NCBI RefSeq assembly: GCF_009914755.1
Contig: NC_060928.1
Source of the DNA: the human T2T-CHM13v2.0 reference genome, Homo sapiens
DNA: 64,000 nt
Strand: one strand, 5' to 3'
Both the position numbers and the translations under genes were made by a program. Positions 13,721 through 29,674 of this stretch are shown here, piece by piece. How positions within the stretch are numbered: the first letter of the stretch is position 1; every line of letters starts with the position of its first letter. Below the pieces are notes generated by a model. The model was not told the origin of the DNA. It was given only the letters and a program-made list of their open reading frames with translations, and did no database searches.

Positions 13721-13919
13721 AGTCCACATCATTGGAGTAATCGAAGGCATCCTTTGGTTTCTGGTTTAGAATCTTATTTGGATAGCAATCGTAGCAGTCT
13801 CCTAATTGCGAGTTAGATACACATGAAAGCAAACGAAAACTATGACCAATCATGAATCTCACAAAATTCAGTGAATGATTGGATTGATCTGGGGGGGGGG
13901 TGTTTTGACAAATTGGTAT

Positions 13920-14125
13920 TGACAGCTAACACATGTATAAGCTTCCTATATGACAGGTACTGTTCTAAGTGTTTTATCTATAATATGAGGTTTAATCCTT
14001 ACAACAAACTTGTGAAGTAGTTAGAATTTTCCCCATTTTACAAGTGGTTGAGGCAAATTTGATAAATTCTACTGGAATCATACATTCGGATTCCAGGGTC
14101 TGTGTTCTCACAATCTTTATGTTCT
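13920..14125 (-). mobile_element. MIR
   Basis: cagctaacac...aggtactgttctaagtgtttta...tttaatccttacaacaa...ccccattttacaag. Confidence 0.8.
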
Positions 14126-14499
14126 GTTACTTTATAGAAGCATGGGGGCTAACAAATTTTAATCAAAAAACTGAACCAGCAGTATGCACTGGGTTGTACT
14201 CCTTTTTTCTTGAAGATAGTCCAGGAAGGATGTAGGAAGAAAACTTTAGCCTTTCTCTCACTATGGTTCTTGGCTGAAATCTGAGACTTTGATAAAGTGA
14301 AACATATTCTTTAAAGTTACAACTACAGGTATATGATCATATATGTCATATGATATGAAAGGTGCTTCATATCTGTACAGTTTAATGCACTTTGCATGCT
14401 GTGTCAGCCACTCATATAATACAATGGACCACCACGCCCTTTCAACTTTCATCAATGTGGCTTCTGCAGTCTAGGACAGAAAAAGAAAAAACCAGAATT

Positions 14500-15760
14500 G
14501 ATAATGTAAAGAACATGAAAGCTAGAGTCTAGTTGCTCAAAACAAGCATATGATAAATGAAGACAAAACAATCTAAATTTGTTTAGATCAATGATGAATG
14601 ACATTCTTACATCTGAATATGTCTGTTTCCTAAGGATGGATGGCTAAAGGAAACTAGAAATGCTATAGTAGAATTAAAAGGAAATATTAGAATTGATAGA
14701 AAATCAAACTTCCAGAATACACAAATGTGCAGCAAAATGATGCAAACTCTAATAAAGGAATCCAAAGAAGAAAGAAAAACTTAACACAGGCAATATTTAG
14801 TATAAAAATCAAATGATCAAAAACAATTGTTAGACTGGCTTCTTACTTGGTTTGCGATATTAAACTTGAGAAAACAATGTAGTAAGTATCTAGATATTTT
14901 AAAGGGGAAAATAGAATTAAGCAAGGATTTTCTATAACTGAACAGTCATCCATGTGTGAAGGCAGCAGAAAATATTCTCATGTGGAAGAGCTCAAAGTAT
15001 ACCAGTATCTAATTACAGAACTAAGAAAATAGAAACAATTATCAAAACATTTTTTCTTTACATACAACTCTTTATTGTGTAAAATACTTTGAATAGAATA
15101 GTTGAGCAGAGATACATAAAGTGTTCCAATTTTTATCTAAAAATAGAAACATACTGATATCTGCTTGAATGTAATTAATGCATGTTAAATATGTGCTTTT
15201 ATAAAACACCCTAGTAAATTAAAACCTCAAAATCACTGAAAAGGTAGACACAAACCAAGCATAGTTTATTGAGGTTCATAACATATGCAACAAAGAGTGA
15301 GCAAAGCGAGAAACACGAAACCCCAAAGACATAAAATAGGGGAACAGAAAACCAGCCACAACTCTTATGAGAGAAAATTCAAATGGTTCCAAGTTTTACA
15401 TTAAGTTAAGGATATTCAATTAAAAATAAAGTTCAACTATTTTTGAGATAGCTGGGAAGCAAAATTACTGATATAAGTTAAAAATTAAAGATTAGGCAAT
15501 AATTTATTAAGCAATAAGAATAAAGTCAGGTTGATCATATTAATTTCAGACAAAGTTGAATTTAAGGAAAGTCAGTGCATTAAAGTGTCTTATAAAAATA
15601 CAGTGGTCATGAATTTTTAAATTTGTAATAAAGATAATCACAAAAGGAAGTTAGGAGATGATTTGTAATTTGAAGAAAAATTAATCAACAATTTAGGAAA
15701 ACAAAATCCATTTAATATATAGCAGAGACCTGTTAGATAATTTTACTGAGGCCCTGTGAT
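14500..15760 (+). mobile_element. Highly degraded old L1 (ORF1 to early ORF2 region)
   Basis: Strong A-rich strand bias and the endonuclease-region remnant atattaatttcagacaaagttgaatttaagg. Confidence 0.5.
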
Positions 15761-15914
15761 CTTTATTTGAAAGATTAAAACCCCCCAAAAAGGTTAAAAT
15801 TTTCAGTAGCTCAGTAAGTATGATTTTTTTCCCGTCCTTCCAGCTTTTTTTTTTTTTTGTAGTTGTTGGTAATACAATCTTGATAGTTTATATATTCACT
15901 TTGATGTCAAACCC

Positions 15915-16358
15915 AGCTAGGATACTATGTTTCTCAGCCGGTGTTGCAGCTGGTGTGAACACAGAACTGGGTTCTGACCAGAGATGTATATGAAGTAGTG
16001 TGGGACTCCCTAAAGGCAGCATTGTGGGAAGATTCCACAAGGCAGCTGGCTCAGTTCGATGATAGGACCTGTTTGCCGTTTCCTCTTGCTCCTTCCAGCT
16101 ATCTAGAACACAGATATATAGCTGGAAATTCAGTAGTGGTTTCAGACCAGGAGGTCATGTTGATAAGAAAGCCATGGACTAGAATAGCAGAGAAAATGAA
16201 GAAATTTGGGTTGCTGATAACAATGGAGTTATCATTTTTGATCTTGATTAACTACCTTTAGATTTGTTTTATGAGAGAGAAGAAAATCCTCATCTTGTTT
16301 AACTGTTATTTTGAGTTTTCTGTCTATTGCAGTTAAATATCATTTCTAACCAAGACTG
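15915..16358 (+). mobile_element. Old MaLR LTR (MLT1H/I/J-like)
   Basis: tgttttatgagagagaagaaaatcctcatcttgtttt...ttattttgagttttctgtctattgcag...ctaaccaagac. Confidence 0.65.
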
Positions 16359-17241
16359 AGATAAAGGGTTTTAGTCTTAATGTTGAATCCATTTATATAC
16401 TATCCAAAAACAATGAAATATTTCAAGTATCCATATCATATTTTTTTAAAAATGAATCTAACCTAGATGTGAGAGAGATTAGTACGTATTAAATTTCTAA
16501 AATGCAATGGACTGAGTGGAACCCTGAGTAATACCTAGAAACTATTAAATAATACATTCTAAAACAAAGCTTCAAAAAGTTATAACTATTTAGCAAAAAA
16601 TGGCAAAAATGAAAAACATTAAGTAATTATCAGGCAGGAAAGGTGACATTATACCTGCACTAATGACCACAAGCTTCTAGGCTCAAGATCCTCTACCTAT
16701 CTTGACCCACTAGAGGTGTCAGGGGTTCAAGACACCCTACCCTTGTAGCCTCCTGGGGAGGGCTGTGGACCACCTTTAATTACACACATTTGGCCACATT
16801 ATTAGGAGTGATTCATAGCCTGTGGCATAGTAATTCCACTTCTAGATACGTGAGAATAATCCAAAATGCTGACTGGGATTTATGCAAGAGTTCAAACTTA
16901 GCAAAACAAAGGAAATAACAAAAATGCCTAGCAATGGAAAAATAGTTAAATTATGGAAAGCAGATAGCTAGCCAATCATTATAGGATAATGTCTTGGTCT
17001 ATTTGGGCTGCTATAGCAAACTACCATAGACTGGGTTGTTTGTAAATAACAAACTTATTTCTAACAATTCTAGGGGCTGGGCAGTCTCAGACTGAGTTAC
17101 CGGTGTTTAATGAGGGCCTGCTTTCTGCTTCACAACAGTACTTTCTGGCTGTGTCTTCACATGGTGAAGGGGATGAGGAGTCTGTCCTTTGCCTGTTTTA
17201 TAAAGACACTAATCCTTTATAAAAGACAAGAAATGGGTACG

Positions 17242-17551
<310 letters not shown>

Positions 17552-18660
17552 GAGACCTAGTATTTGATAGCACAATAGGTTGTTGACTGTAGTCAAAATA
17601 CATTTAAAAATAACTAAAAGAGTATAAGTGGATCGCTTATAAAACAAAGAATAAGTGTTTAAGGAATTGCATACCTCATTTTCCATGATGCGATTATTAT
17701 GCCTTGAATGCCTGTATCAAAATATCTCACTGAAATAGAAAAGGTTCCCTTGTCCCCTCGAAGGGTGTGTGACAGGGGGAGTGGCTGGCCTTTTCAGTGC
17801 CCCGCTGCTCAAACCTCTAGGGGAACATACAGACGGGCAGGTTGTGGGGCTCCGACCCTAAGGCAGTGACTAGTGGTGGATGTTTACAGCTCCTGAAGCC
17901 CCAGTGGGTGTGTGTTAAATGGTGCTCTTTTAGTTTGCTGTCTATAGGCATTTAGTTTGCTGTCCATAGGCAGCTTGTATTAACCAGCTCAACTGGACCC
18001 TCTACCTTGTCATAAGGACAGAGGGCTGTCTGTTTCCCGGGTTCTTGCCTTGGTATACTAGAAGAATCGGACCACAGGTGGACTTGGAGAATGAGTGCAA
18101 GGTTTTATTGAGTAGAAGTAGCTCTCAGCAGATAGGGGAGCCAGAAGTGAGATGGTTTTCCCCTGGAGTCAGGCCACAGCGGCCAGGCTCTCCTCCAACC
18201 ACCCTGGCCAAACTCCATGTTGTTCTGCCAGTCAATGGCCTGCTTGTGTGCCAGTGCCTGCCAGTGTGTTCCCCAGGTGCTCTCCATGTCCAGCCTCTTA
18301 TATCTTCCTCCACCCATCCACACCTCTTGACGTCCAGCCCTTTTTTTCTTCTTCAACCAATCTGCTTTTCTGGAGATTCAGGTGCTTGTATCTTCCTCCA
18401 CCAATCTGCTTCTCTTAACCAGCCACTTGTGTGTCTGCCTGCTAAGGTCTTGGGTTTAACAGGCCCAGGGTGGGGGCGTGGCGGGTCAGGGTGGTCTTGA
18501 AAAATGCAACATTTGGGCATGAAGGCAGGAGTGCCTGTCCTCACCTAGGTCCATAGGCACAGGCCCAAGGGTGAAGCCCTAGCCAGGGACTCGCCTTTCT
18601 CTACCCAGCACTTCCCTGCCCCCCTCCCATATCCTCATGTATCCCATGAATATTAAAAAG
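17552..18660 (+). mobile_element. L1MA/L1PB-type 3' end fragment, split by an LTR
   Basis: gacctagtatttgatagcacaatagg...gcctgtatcaaaatatctca, resuming tcatgtatcccatgaatat after 18634. Confidence 0.8.
17731..18634 (-). mobile_element. ERV1 solo LTR (LTR1 family, HUERS-P2-type)
   Basis: The reverse complement starts gatatgggaggggggcagggaagtgctgggtagag...gacctaggtgaggacaggcac. About 900 bp, with a near-TSD tcac/tcat. Confidence 0.8.
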
Positions 18661-18792
18661 CCCTTGTGAACTAATCATTCTCAAATGTTCTACCTCCTAA
18701 TTTCATCACATTGTGGGTTAGGACTTGAACATGTAAATCTGGTCAGGGGGACACAAATGTTTAGACCATAAAAATTTTAATGAAAGAATTTA

Positions 18793-20570
<1,778 letters not shown>

Positions 20571-21204
20571 AAAGAATTTAACTGTATTGATTATTCTGGG
20601 ACAATTTTAAAATCAATATAAAAAATAGATGTAATCAATAAAACTTTCAAAAAGAAACAAATGTATTAAAGGTGTTCTCTATTTAGTGGGAAAATAGCCA
20701 ATTCTTTTCTTTCTATGATTTTTTTCATTTTTCCAGTTTTCTGCATGCATGAGTTCTTATTTTCATAGAAAAATTAGATTTTTTAAAGAATAGAACTGCA
20801 TCTAAAAAAATTAAAACAGATCCATAAAAACATGTTCAGTAAAATGTTATATAAATATGAAGTAATCAGGGAATTCTTTGAACTAAGTTTATGAACCATA
20901 TGCTAGTAAGCATATGCTGTCAGAATCAGGAGAGAATTGTTTTGCTATATTCTTTCAATGTGTTAAGAGGGAAGACGATATGGTTTTACATATAGTTGCT
21001 CCTGAGGTTGAAAAGCATTTCATTGAAGGTTTAAAAGTCCACTTTCTTATACATAGAAAAGATTTGTGTGATGCAGAGAAGTTTCCCAATGTCTCATTAT
21101 AGACCAAAAGAACCAGACTCAGAAAATATTAAGTCAAAAGGCAAATGGATGATAAACCCTACATCACAAAAATCTTTTCTATGTATGAGAAAGTGGACTT
21201 TTTT

Positions 21205-22757
21205 AATGATATGATAGTTTACCTAGAAAACCCTAAAGACTTCCCCAAAAAGCTCCTGGAACTGATAGATAAATTGAGCAAAGTTTCTGGTTACAAAATT
21301 AATTAATGTATACAAATCAGTAGCTCTTCTATACACCAATAGCGACCAAGCTGAGAATCAAATCAAGAACTCAACCCTTTTACAATAGCTGCAAAAATAT
21401 ATATATACTTGGGAAGATACCCAACCAAGGAGGTGAAAGACCTCTATAAGGAAAACTACAAAACACTGCTGAAAGAAATCATAGATGACATAAACAAATG
21501 GAAACACATCCCATGCTCATGGATGGGTAGAATCAATATTGCGAAAATGACCACACTGCCAAAAGCAATCTACAAATTCAATACAATTTCCACCAAAATA
21601 CCACCATTGTTCATCATAGAACTACAAAAACAATCCTAAAATTCATATAAAACCAAAAAAGAGCTTGTGTAGCCAAAGCATGACTAAGCAAAAAGAGCAA
21701 ATCTGGAGGCATCGCATTACCTGATTTGAAACTATACTATAAGGCCATAGTCACCAAAACAACATAGTACTAGCATAAAAATAGGCACATAGACGAATGG
21801 AAAAGAATAAAGAACCCAGAAATAAACCGAATACTTACAGCCAACTCATCTTAAACAAAGCAAACAAAAACCTAAAGGGGGCAAAGGATACCTTATTCAA
21901 CAAATTGTGTTGGGATAATTGGCAAGCCATATGTAGGAGAATAAAACTGAATCCCCATCTCTCACCTTATACAAAAATCATCTCAAGATGGATCAAGAAC
22001 TTAAATCTAAGATCTGAAACTATAACAGTTCTAGAAGATAACATTGGAAAATCCCTTCTAGACATTGGCTTAGGCAAGGGTTTCATGACCAAGAATCCAA
22101 AGCAAATGCAATAAAAACAAAGATAAATAGTTGGGACCTAATAAAACTACATAGCTTTTGCACAGCAAAAGGAATGATCAGAAGAGTAAACAGACAACCC
22201 ACAGAGTGGGAGAAAATCTTTATAATCTATACATCTTACAAAGGACTAATATCCAGAATCTACAAGGAAATCAAATTAGCAAGAAAAAAAACAATTCCAT
22301 CAAAAAATGGGCTAAGAAAATGAATAGACAACTCTCAAAAGAAGATATACTAATGGCCAACAAACATATGAAAAAATGCTCAACATCAGTAATGATCAGG
22401 GAAATGCAAATCAAAACCACAAGGTAGTAACCGTACTCCTGCAAGAATGGCCATAATCAAAAAATCAAAAAATAATAGATATTAGCGTGGATGTGATTAG
22501 AAGGGAACACTTCTACACTGCTGGTGGGGAATGTAAACTAATACAACCACTATGGAAAAAAGTGTGGGGATTCCTTAAAGAACTAAAAGTAGAACTACCA
22601 TTTGATCCAGCAATCCCACTACTGGGTGTCTACCCAGAAGAAAAGAAGTCGTTATACAAAAAATACTTGCACACACATGTTTATAGCAGCACAATTCGCA
22701 ACTGCAAAAATATGGAACCAGCCCAAATGCCCATCAATCAACAAGTGAATAAACTGG
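21205..22757 (+). mobile_element. L1PB1-like ORF2 fragment
   Basis: Frameshifted ORF2 peptides ([18 protein letters not shown]; [17 protein letters not shown]). The element ends at a microsatellite. Confidence 0.9.
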
Positions 22758-22848
22758 TGTTGTGTGTGTGTGTGTATATATATGTGTGTGTGTGTATATA
22801 TATATACACACATACTAGTGTTTGTGTGTGTGTGTGTGTATATATATG
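22758..22848. repeat. Compound (TG)n/(TA)n/(CA)n microsatellite
   Basis: Read directly from the sequence. Confidence 0.95.
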
Positions 22849-23133
22849 ATTGTGGTTTGAATAAAATCTTATATTCAGTCTCAATTTTTCTGAAAAATTT
22901 CTTTGAAATTAATCAAACATGGAAAACCCCACAAAAACCTAAATGGAAGGTTTTCTTGTTTTAGAAACGCACTGGGGGCAAAACAGCTGGAGTGTGTTTA
23001 ATGGTCTCCCTTATGAGCAGGGTGTGTATAGCATATTATGCTGTTTGCAGAGTCCTGTGAACTAAACTAAATGGGACTTCTGGTTGGATTTGTAAGTCAC
23101 CTAGGTTTAGAGTACTAGAAGCTGTGCTACTAG

Positions 23134-23559
<426 letters not shown>

Positions 23560-24954
23560 TAGTATTTTGTTATTTTGATACCTCTCTCATCTGGGTCCCA
23601 GCATGTGAATATCTCTTAGCTGAAGGGAGGTTTGCTATACTAGAATATAAAAGTGATAGGATAAAAATTTTGGGTTTTTTGAAATTCAAAAAGTTCTAAG
23701 TGGAAGGAGTAGGGGCTGGAAGAATGTACAACTGGAAATATTCCTATGTTCATAGCAGAAACAGTTGATGGACTAGGTTAGGGTGTGGCGGGGGCAGAGA
23801 ATCAGATAGAATTCAAAAGCAGGTTATCTTAGTGGGTCTCATTTGCAGGATTCAAGGGGTCCTAGAGTAAGATATTAGAGATTTGAGAACAGAGGTGATT
23901 TGTTGTCCCAGTTTTTGGCCAGGCTTGAAAAGTGGTAAGATCTCACTCTGTACTGGGAAAGGCAGGGCAGCACAGGCTAGGAAGGATGGCAGGCCATTTT
24001 GAGGCAGTAGTGACCTAAAACAGCCTCATAGTGTTTAGGGTCAAGCAAAAGCATCAGAATTTTTTTTTTTGGTTACCCTAAAAGGAGCTCCAAACTGCTG
24101 GAAACACACAGTGCTTAGAAAGGACTTAAGTTTGGGAGTGAAAGACAATGATACCATGACCTTAGCGGTAGACACTGAAGTCTATACAGGGTAACATACA
24201 TTTCAACAAACACTACCATGGTCCAGCGTGGACAAGCATCCATCTCTTCAGTGGCATTACATAAATCCTAAGAACCGTTCAAACTTAAAAGTTAGATCAT
24301 CTTCAATTAAAGTGATATTACTTAGTTGGGTTAGTTGCAGCTTGAGACTTGTAACTCATAACTGAAAGACATAATTCACCAATAATCCTGATAAACAGAG
24401 CTTTTGACAGTTTGTGTTTCTGATTATTCTCCAATACATTTTCCAGATTGAGTTTCCTTAAACAATGATGTGTAGACATAAGGAAGGACTCATGAAAACA
24501 TTGAAATAGATTCTAGTAAGTCTTAGACCATTAAAAGTAAAATTTTACAATAAACGTGAGCAAAGCTTTAATAGTACAAAATTGTAAAAGATCTAGAGCA
24601 GAAGTATATATAAAATAGGCTTAAAAATAATGCAATAGTTTTATAAATATAGCATACTAGTGTTATAAATTCCCCATTAAACATCAAATTAATAGAAATT
24701 CAAAATCCTTTCGTCTGGTGTGATTCTATACAAGCAAAAGGATTTTCTTTCATATCTAATCATTCAAGTTGTGCTTATTTGGCCTCCTAAATATTTTTCC
24801 ATAATTGCCTTTTCTTCATCACTTCTACAACTATAAATACAGACATCATGCTAAATAGTGGAGACCTACCATGTATGTGGCTCCTCTGTGAAGGAAATGA
24901 CTGTACAGTGTGACAAAGGTTTTGCTGGAGAAATACAAAGTACTACAGTGGAGG

Positions 24955-25358
24955 TGATATCGTTTGGATATTTGTCCCCTACAAATCTTAGGTTAAAAAT
25001 TGATCCCCAGTGTTGTAGTTGAGGCCTGATGAGAGGCGTTGGGTCACAGGAGCAGATCAGTCAAGAATGGCTTGGTGCGGTCCTTGTGGTAATGAGTTTT
25101 GCTCTATTCGTTCCCACGAGATCTGATTGTTAAGAAAACCCTCGTACCTCCTCTCATCTTTCTCCTTGCCTCTCTCACCGTGTGATATTTGTTCCCCTTC
25201 CACCAAGATTAAAAGCTTCCTGAAGTCCTGACCGGAGCAGATACTGGTGCCATGCTTCTTCTATGGCCTGCAGAACTGTGAGATACATAAACCCCTTTTC
25301 TTTATGAATTACCCACCCTCAGGTATTCCTTTAGAGTGATGTAAAAGGGACTAACATG
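24955..25358 (+). mobile_element. MST (MSTB-like) MaLR LTR
   Basis: tgatatcgtttggatatttgtcccc...ttacccaccctcaggtattccttta...ggactaaca. Confidence 0.88.
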
Positions 25359-25385
25359 GGACAGATCTAACTTATCCTGTAGTGT

Positions 25386-26099
25386 TGAGAGGAGGTGCCA
25401 GCTGGGCTTCCTGGGTCAAGTAGGGTCTCAGAAAGCTGTGAAACTTACTCATTTCCTGCATCAGGACTTCTTTCGGTCCTGGATGAATAAGATTGAAGAT
25501 ATATGCTTAAAATATTCCTAACACCGGGGTTTGTGCATGTGTTTTCTTCCCCAAGAAAGCTATAAACAGCACAAATTTTGCTCTAAGTTTCCCTGTGTCC
25601 TCTCTCCCTCTCTCCCTTCCCCCTCCCCTGAAACTAAAGTAAAAAGAATGCTAACTGCCCATTTTTCTGTGACCAGCGGACCTTATCTATACTCCCAATT
25701 CCAATTCCTTGTAAACATACTTTGTAAAGTCCTGTAAGATCCTGTCTCCTTTGCCATGCCGCTACAAGGCCATAAAGTAGATAAAACCTAAGTTGCAATT
25801 CCAGTCTTCCTCAAATCTAAGACATGTCACAAAATAATTTACTGCCTTTGTTTCTTGCTCCTGTAACAAGCTTCCTGCCTCACGTATCTCCCACCTTAAA
25901 ATGTTTAAAAGGCGAATACCCAAACTAGCAGTGGCTACCCTTTCGGGACCCCTTCCACACTGTGGAAGCTTTGTACTTTCACTCTGCTCAATAAAACTTA
26001 CAGCTTTTTCTCTCTCTCAGTTGGTGTCTCTATCACTCGCCGCAGTCAGCCGCCACACCAATTCTTTGGCGTCGCTAAGCAAGAACCTTAGGCGTTACA
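25386..26099 (+). mobile_element. ERV1 solo LTR (LTR30-like)
   Basis: TG...CA termini, 714 bp, perfect 4-bp TSD gtgt at 25382-25385 and 26100-26103, AATAAA near 25990. The family name is from recall. Confidence 0.8.
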
Positions 26100-26540
26100 G
26101 TGTCAGGGATGAAAGCCCTAAAGAAAATAACTTGAGACTGAGAGGAAGTTTTCTGGGTAAAAGGTCTTTGGAGTGAGGATGGAAATGGGGTGAGAACATT
26201 AAGAATAGGAAACAGCATGTGGATGGTACCTGAGAAAAGGGAGAATAAGGAGGGCTGCCTGAAAATAGCTAATGTGGTGGAGCCAAGAGTGCGAGGGGAG
26301 TCACGTGATACAAGGCTGGAGAGGATCCAGAGGATCGAACAAGTTAAGGATTTGTTCTAAAGGCAACCATCAAAGGGCCTTAAGCAGCAGATTGACATAA
26401 ACTGTACTTTTAAAGAAAGCTCTACCTGTTGTGAAGAAGATGGAGTGGAGAAGAGGAGCGAGGACTGGACTGGGCAAGATGGGTTGAAGTTAAAAAGCCG
26501 CTCCATGTGAGGGATCCTGGTGACCAGGGCTAAGGCAACT
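26100..26540 (-). mobile_element. L2 fragment (host of the MST and ERV1 LTR insertions)
   Basis: Purine-rich L2-like blocks: aacagcatgtg...cctgag, aggctggagagg, ttaaggatttg. Confidence 0.6.

Positions 26541-26541
<1 letters not shown>

Positions 26542-26590
<49 letters not shown>
26542..26590. repeat. (CA)n microsatellite, about 24 units, uninterrupted
   Basis: Read directly from the sequence. Confidence 0.98.
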
Positions 26591-26592
<2 letters not shown>

Positions 26593-28619
26593 ATGTATAC
26601 ATATACATAAATGCTTATATTCATGTACCAACGTTTGATTTCAAGTATCCATTAAACAGATAAAATGACCATATAGTAAACATTTTTCAAAAACAAAAAT
26701 ACGTTTTGCAGTTAATCTAACCATGTAGGTAAGAAATACCTTAGGGAAATGTCTTTCAAAAGCTGTCTTTTGAAAGCTTATGTTTCAAGATGCTCATTTA
26801 GGGTCACGGATTAGAGACAAGATGAGATTTTTAGTTTTGGTTAAGAGACTATGATTAATTCTATTTCCAACTGTCCTAGGTGTTTGCTGAAATGTCAGCA
26901 AGGTGTCACCTGTCCCACTAATTGAAATGGCAGGACGTTTCCTGCAAGAAATATGAACCACGGTAGTACACTGTGTGAAAAATCCTTAGTGATGTGGAAA
27001 AAGTCTGTCACTGTGTCAAGGCCTTCAGTGTCAGCATGGAATATGCATATCATGAATTTGCAGGTGGAAGAATCGGCCACATTATCTGCCTCAGTACCTG
27101 GTGATTGAGGAGAGTCTGAGCTGCTGCAGTAGGAATTGCAAGATGAAGGATGAATGCTGGGGTCATTTTGTAAATTAGTGGACTTCAAGTAATTATCTTT
27201 TGAATTGAGCATAGTTTACACAAAGAGAAGATACCATGGTTGAATACATTGTGAAAAAAATTGCTATGCCTCTAGTTAGGTCAAGATAAAGAAAAGGAGA
27301 GCAATTAGTAATTGGAAAAAAATCACCAAAAAAGTTGAATGTACTCCCTGTTGCCACAGAAAAACATTTGGACCATAATAGTCAAGTCTGAATTGTTAAT
27401 CTATAATGTGTACACAATACTAAATTGAGGGGAAATGACATTAAGATTATAATTAATGTGCATTTTCTGGCAGGACAGGTGGAGGAGGAAAAATTATGGA
27501 CATTTATAGTTTGGTAATAACTGGTTATTAGAATAATTAAAATCTGAGGCCTATATCAATCAGTAATACGTATGAAGCATCCACAGAACGCCTTGTCAAG
27601 CTCCTGTGGAGATCCTTATTTTTCCCATCCAGAAAGACCTTGGCAGTCAGATACCATTTGACACCTATCTTGCCTCTAGAACTACACGTTTGAAGTATTC
27701 TCGGAACTAGCTGAACTGTAAAGTATATTAACACTATGTATATAATTTTACTTTCTCTATTACTTATATAGCTGTCTCATATAAGGTTGTCTGCAAATAT
27801 AAGACCACACCCCTCAGAAGAAAAGTGCAATTTGAAGTTAGCTTTATCCAACTTCACATCCATTTAATATGCTGACATATGTCTTTTTTAGAATTATATA
27901 CCTCTGTTGTGTCTTCCTGCAAGCAAATTAAGATGCAAGCTACAATGGCTTGTTACATTTCTAGGTCTTATATTTTTTCCTGACCCCATATTGGAGGCAA
28001 GTTTTCTCACCTCCACTCATTTCTCATTTCGAAGTCATAGGTTTAACCTCCATTTTCATGCCTAACATCCGTTTTGACATTAGGTTATATCTTTAGGAAC
28101 CTGATGTTATTGATTAAAATACTTCAGCATTCAATATTTTTGTTCTTAACGTCATTTAACTTATAATAATCTAGTTCCTGAAGTCGGTCATGTCCCAACA
28201 ATCTAAATTACATCTTAAGTTCAGTTCCCCAAATATTAGTATTTTTGATAACAGTTCTGTAGCACAATACGTTCAAGATTGGTATCATCTCTTAGTGTGA
28301 CCAGAAGTTTCAGCTACGGGGTGCTGGATTCTACCAAGTAAGAACCAACTTTCTGCTGTTTATCTACTTTCCAGAAGCTCCACAAATTTAAATGTTCCTG
28401 GATAATACCATTTCCTGCTACTATCTAGTGAACTATATTAACTGCTGTGAGTAAAAGTAAAGAATACCCTACCGAGGCAAACTATAGAAAATTCAGCCTC
28501 AAATCATAGGCTACATGTTGACCAAGAAGGCTACACTGTCCAGGTAGTGTACCTGCATCATGGTGAGGCCACCATCTACCTAGTTCCCAGTCCCTGGAGC
28601 AAAAGTTCTTGTGTGTGTA

Positions 28620-29028
28620 TGTGTCAGTCCGTTTTGTTTTGCTATGAAGGAATACCTGAGGCTGGGTAATTTATGAAGAAAAGAGGTTTATTTGACTTAT
28701 GGTTCTGTAGGCTGTACAAGAAGCATGGCACCAGCATCAGCTTCTGGTAAGAGTCTCAAGGAGCTTCCACTCATGGTAAAGGCAAAGGGGAGTAGGCATC
28801 ACATGGTGGGAGAGGAAGGAAGAGAGAAAGGAGGGGAGGTGTTTGGCTCTCTAATAGCCAGATCTGAAAACTGAGTGAGAACGCATGCAATCCTGTGAGA
28901 ATGGCATGAAGCCATTCATAAGGGATCTGCACCCATAATGCAAACACCTCCCACCAGGCCCCACCTCCAACACTGGGGATCACATTTTGATATGAGATTT
29001 GGAGGGGACAAACATTCAAACTATTTCA
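28620..29028 (-). mobile_element. MST (MSTB-like) MaLR LTR
   Basis: tcagtccgttttg...aaggaatacctgaggctgggtaatttat...gagatttggaggggacaaacattcaaactatttca. Confidence 0.9.
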
Positions 29029-29674
29029 GGGCATATTGCGGAGTTCATTTGACTTGAAGAGTTTGTTGTTGCAGCATAACTTTCAAAATGAACACAAAAA
29101 ATTACTAATTTGTCTATTGATTTTAGGATTGTGAAAGAAAAATATTGAAGGGTGAATAACAGTTTGATAAGTGAACTAAGAGAGGGTGGTATATTTCAGG
29201 CAGAAGAAATAAACATTAAGGAAATTACAGAAAAATGCAAACAGTGTGTTTAGAGATTAGGAACTATTTTGGAATTATTCTCTTTTCTACTTTCCCATTA
29301 TACTGTATATCTCTACCATAACATTTTTTCCATGGTTACAAATTAATTTTGTATATGTCCATTTCTTAAACTTTGAGTTCCTGTGAGCAAGAACATATTT
29401 TTTCATCATTTTGTCCTCCATGTAATCTATCTTGTGCAAAATAGCTATCTAATGTTCATAAGTTTAAGTTACGTAGAATTAAAGAACTTATTTTCTTTGA
29501 ATGTTTAATTCCCTTATTGAAAACATTGTCATTTAGATACACACTCCCAGAAAAAGTATCTATTCTTCCCTGAGAAAGACATACAGGACTGCCATGGGCT
29601 TTGTGTAAACAAAGTGATTTCAAGCTGACAAGACACATTTAGATTTCTGAGTAATTATAAAAATAGCCCTAGAT

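Noticed and set aside
16706-16723. CTCF-like cccactagaggtgtcag
   Set aside because: The 3' half departs from the GGGCGC-type core; too weak without binding data.
18045-18544. Overlapping 60-150 aa ORFs
   Set aside because: They lie inside a GC-rich solo LTR where stop codons are rare; no recognisable domain.
26895-27734. Two minus-strand ORFs (105 and 65 aa) in unique DNA
   Set aside because: No recognisable homology and no consistent exon structure.
27900-28600. Possible ancient retroviral internal sequence
   Set aside because: I could not anchor it to any consensus or peptide motif.
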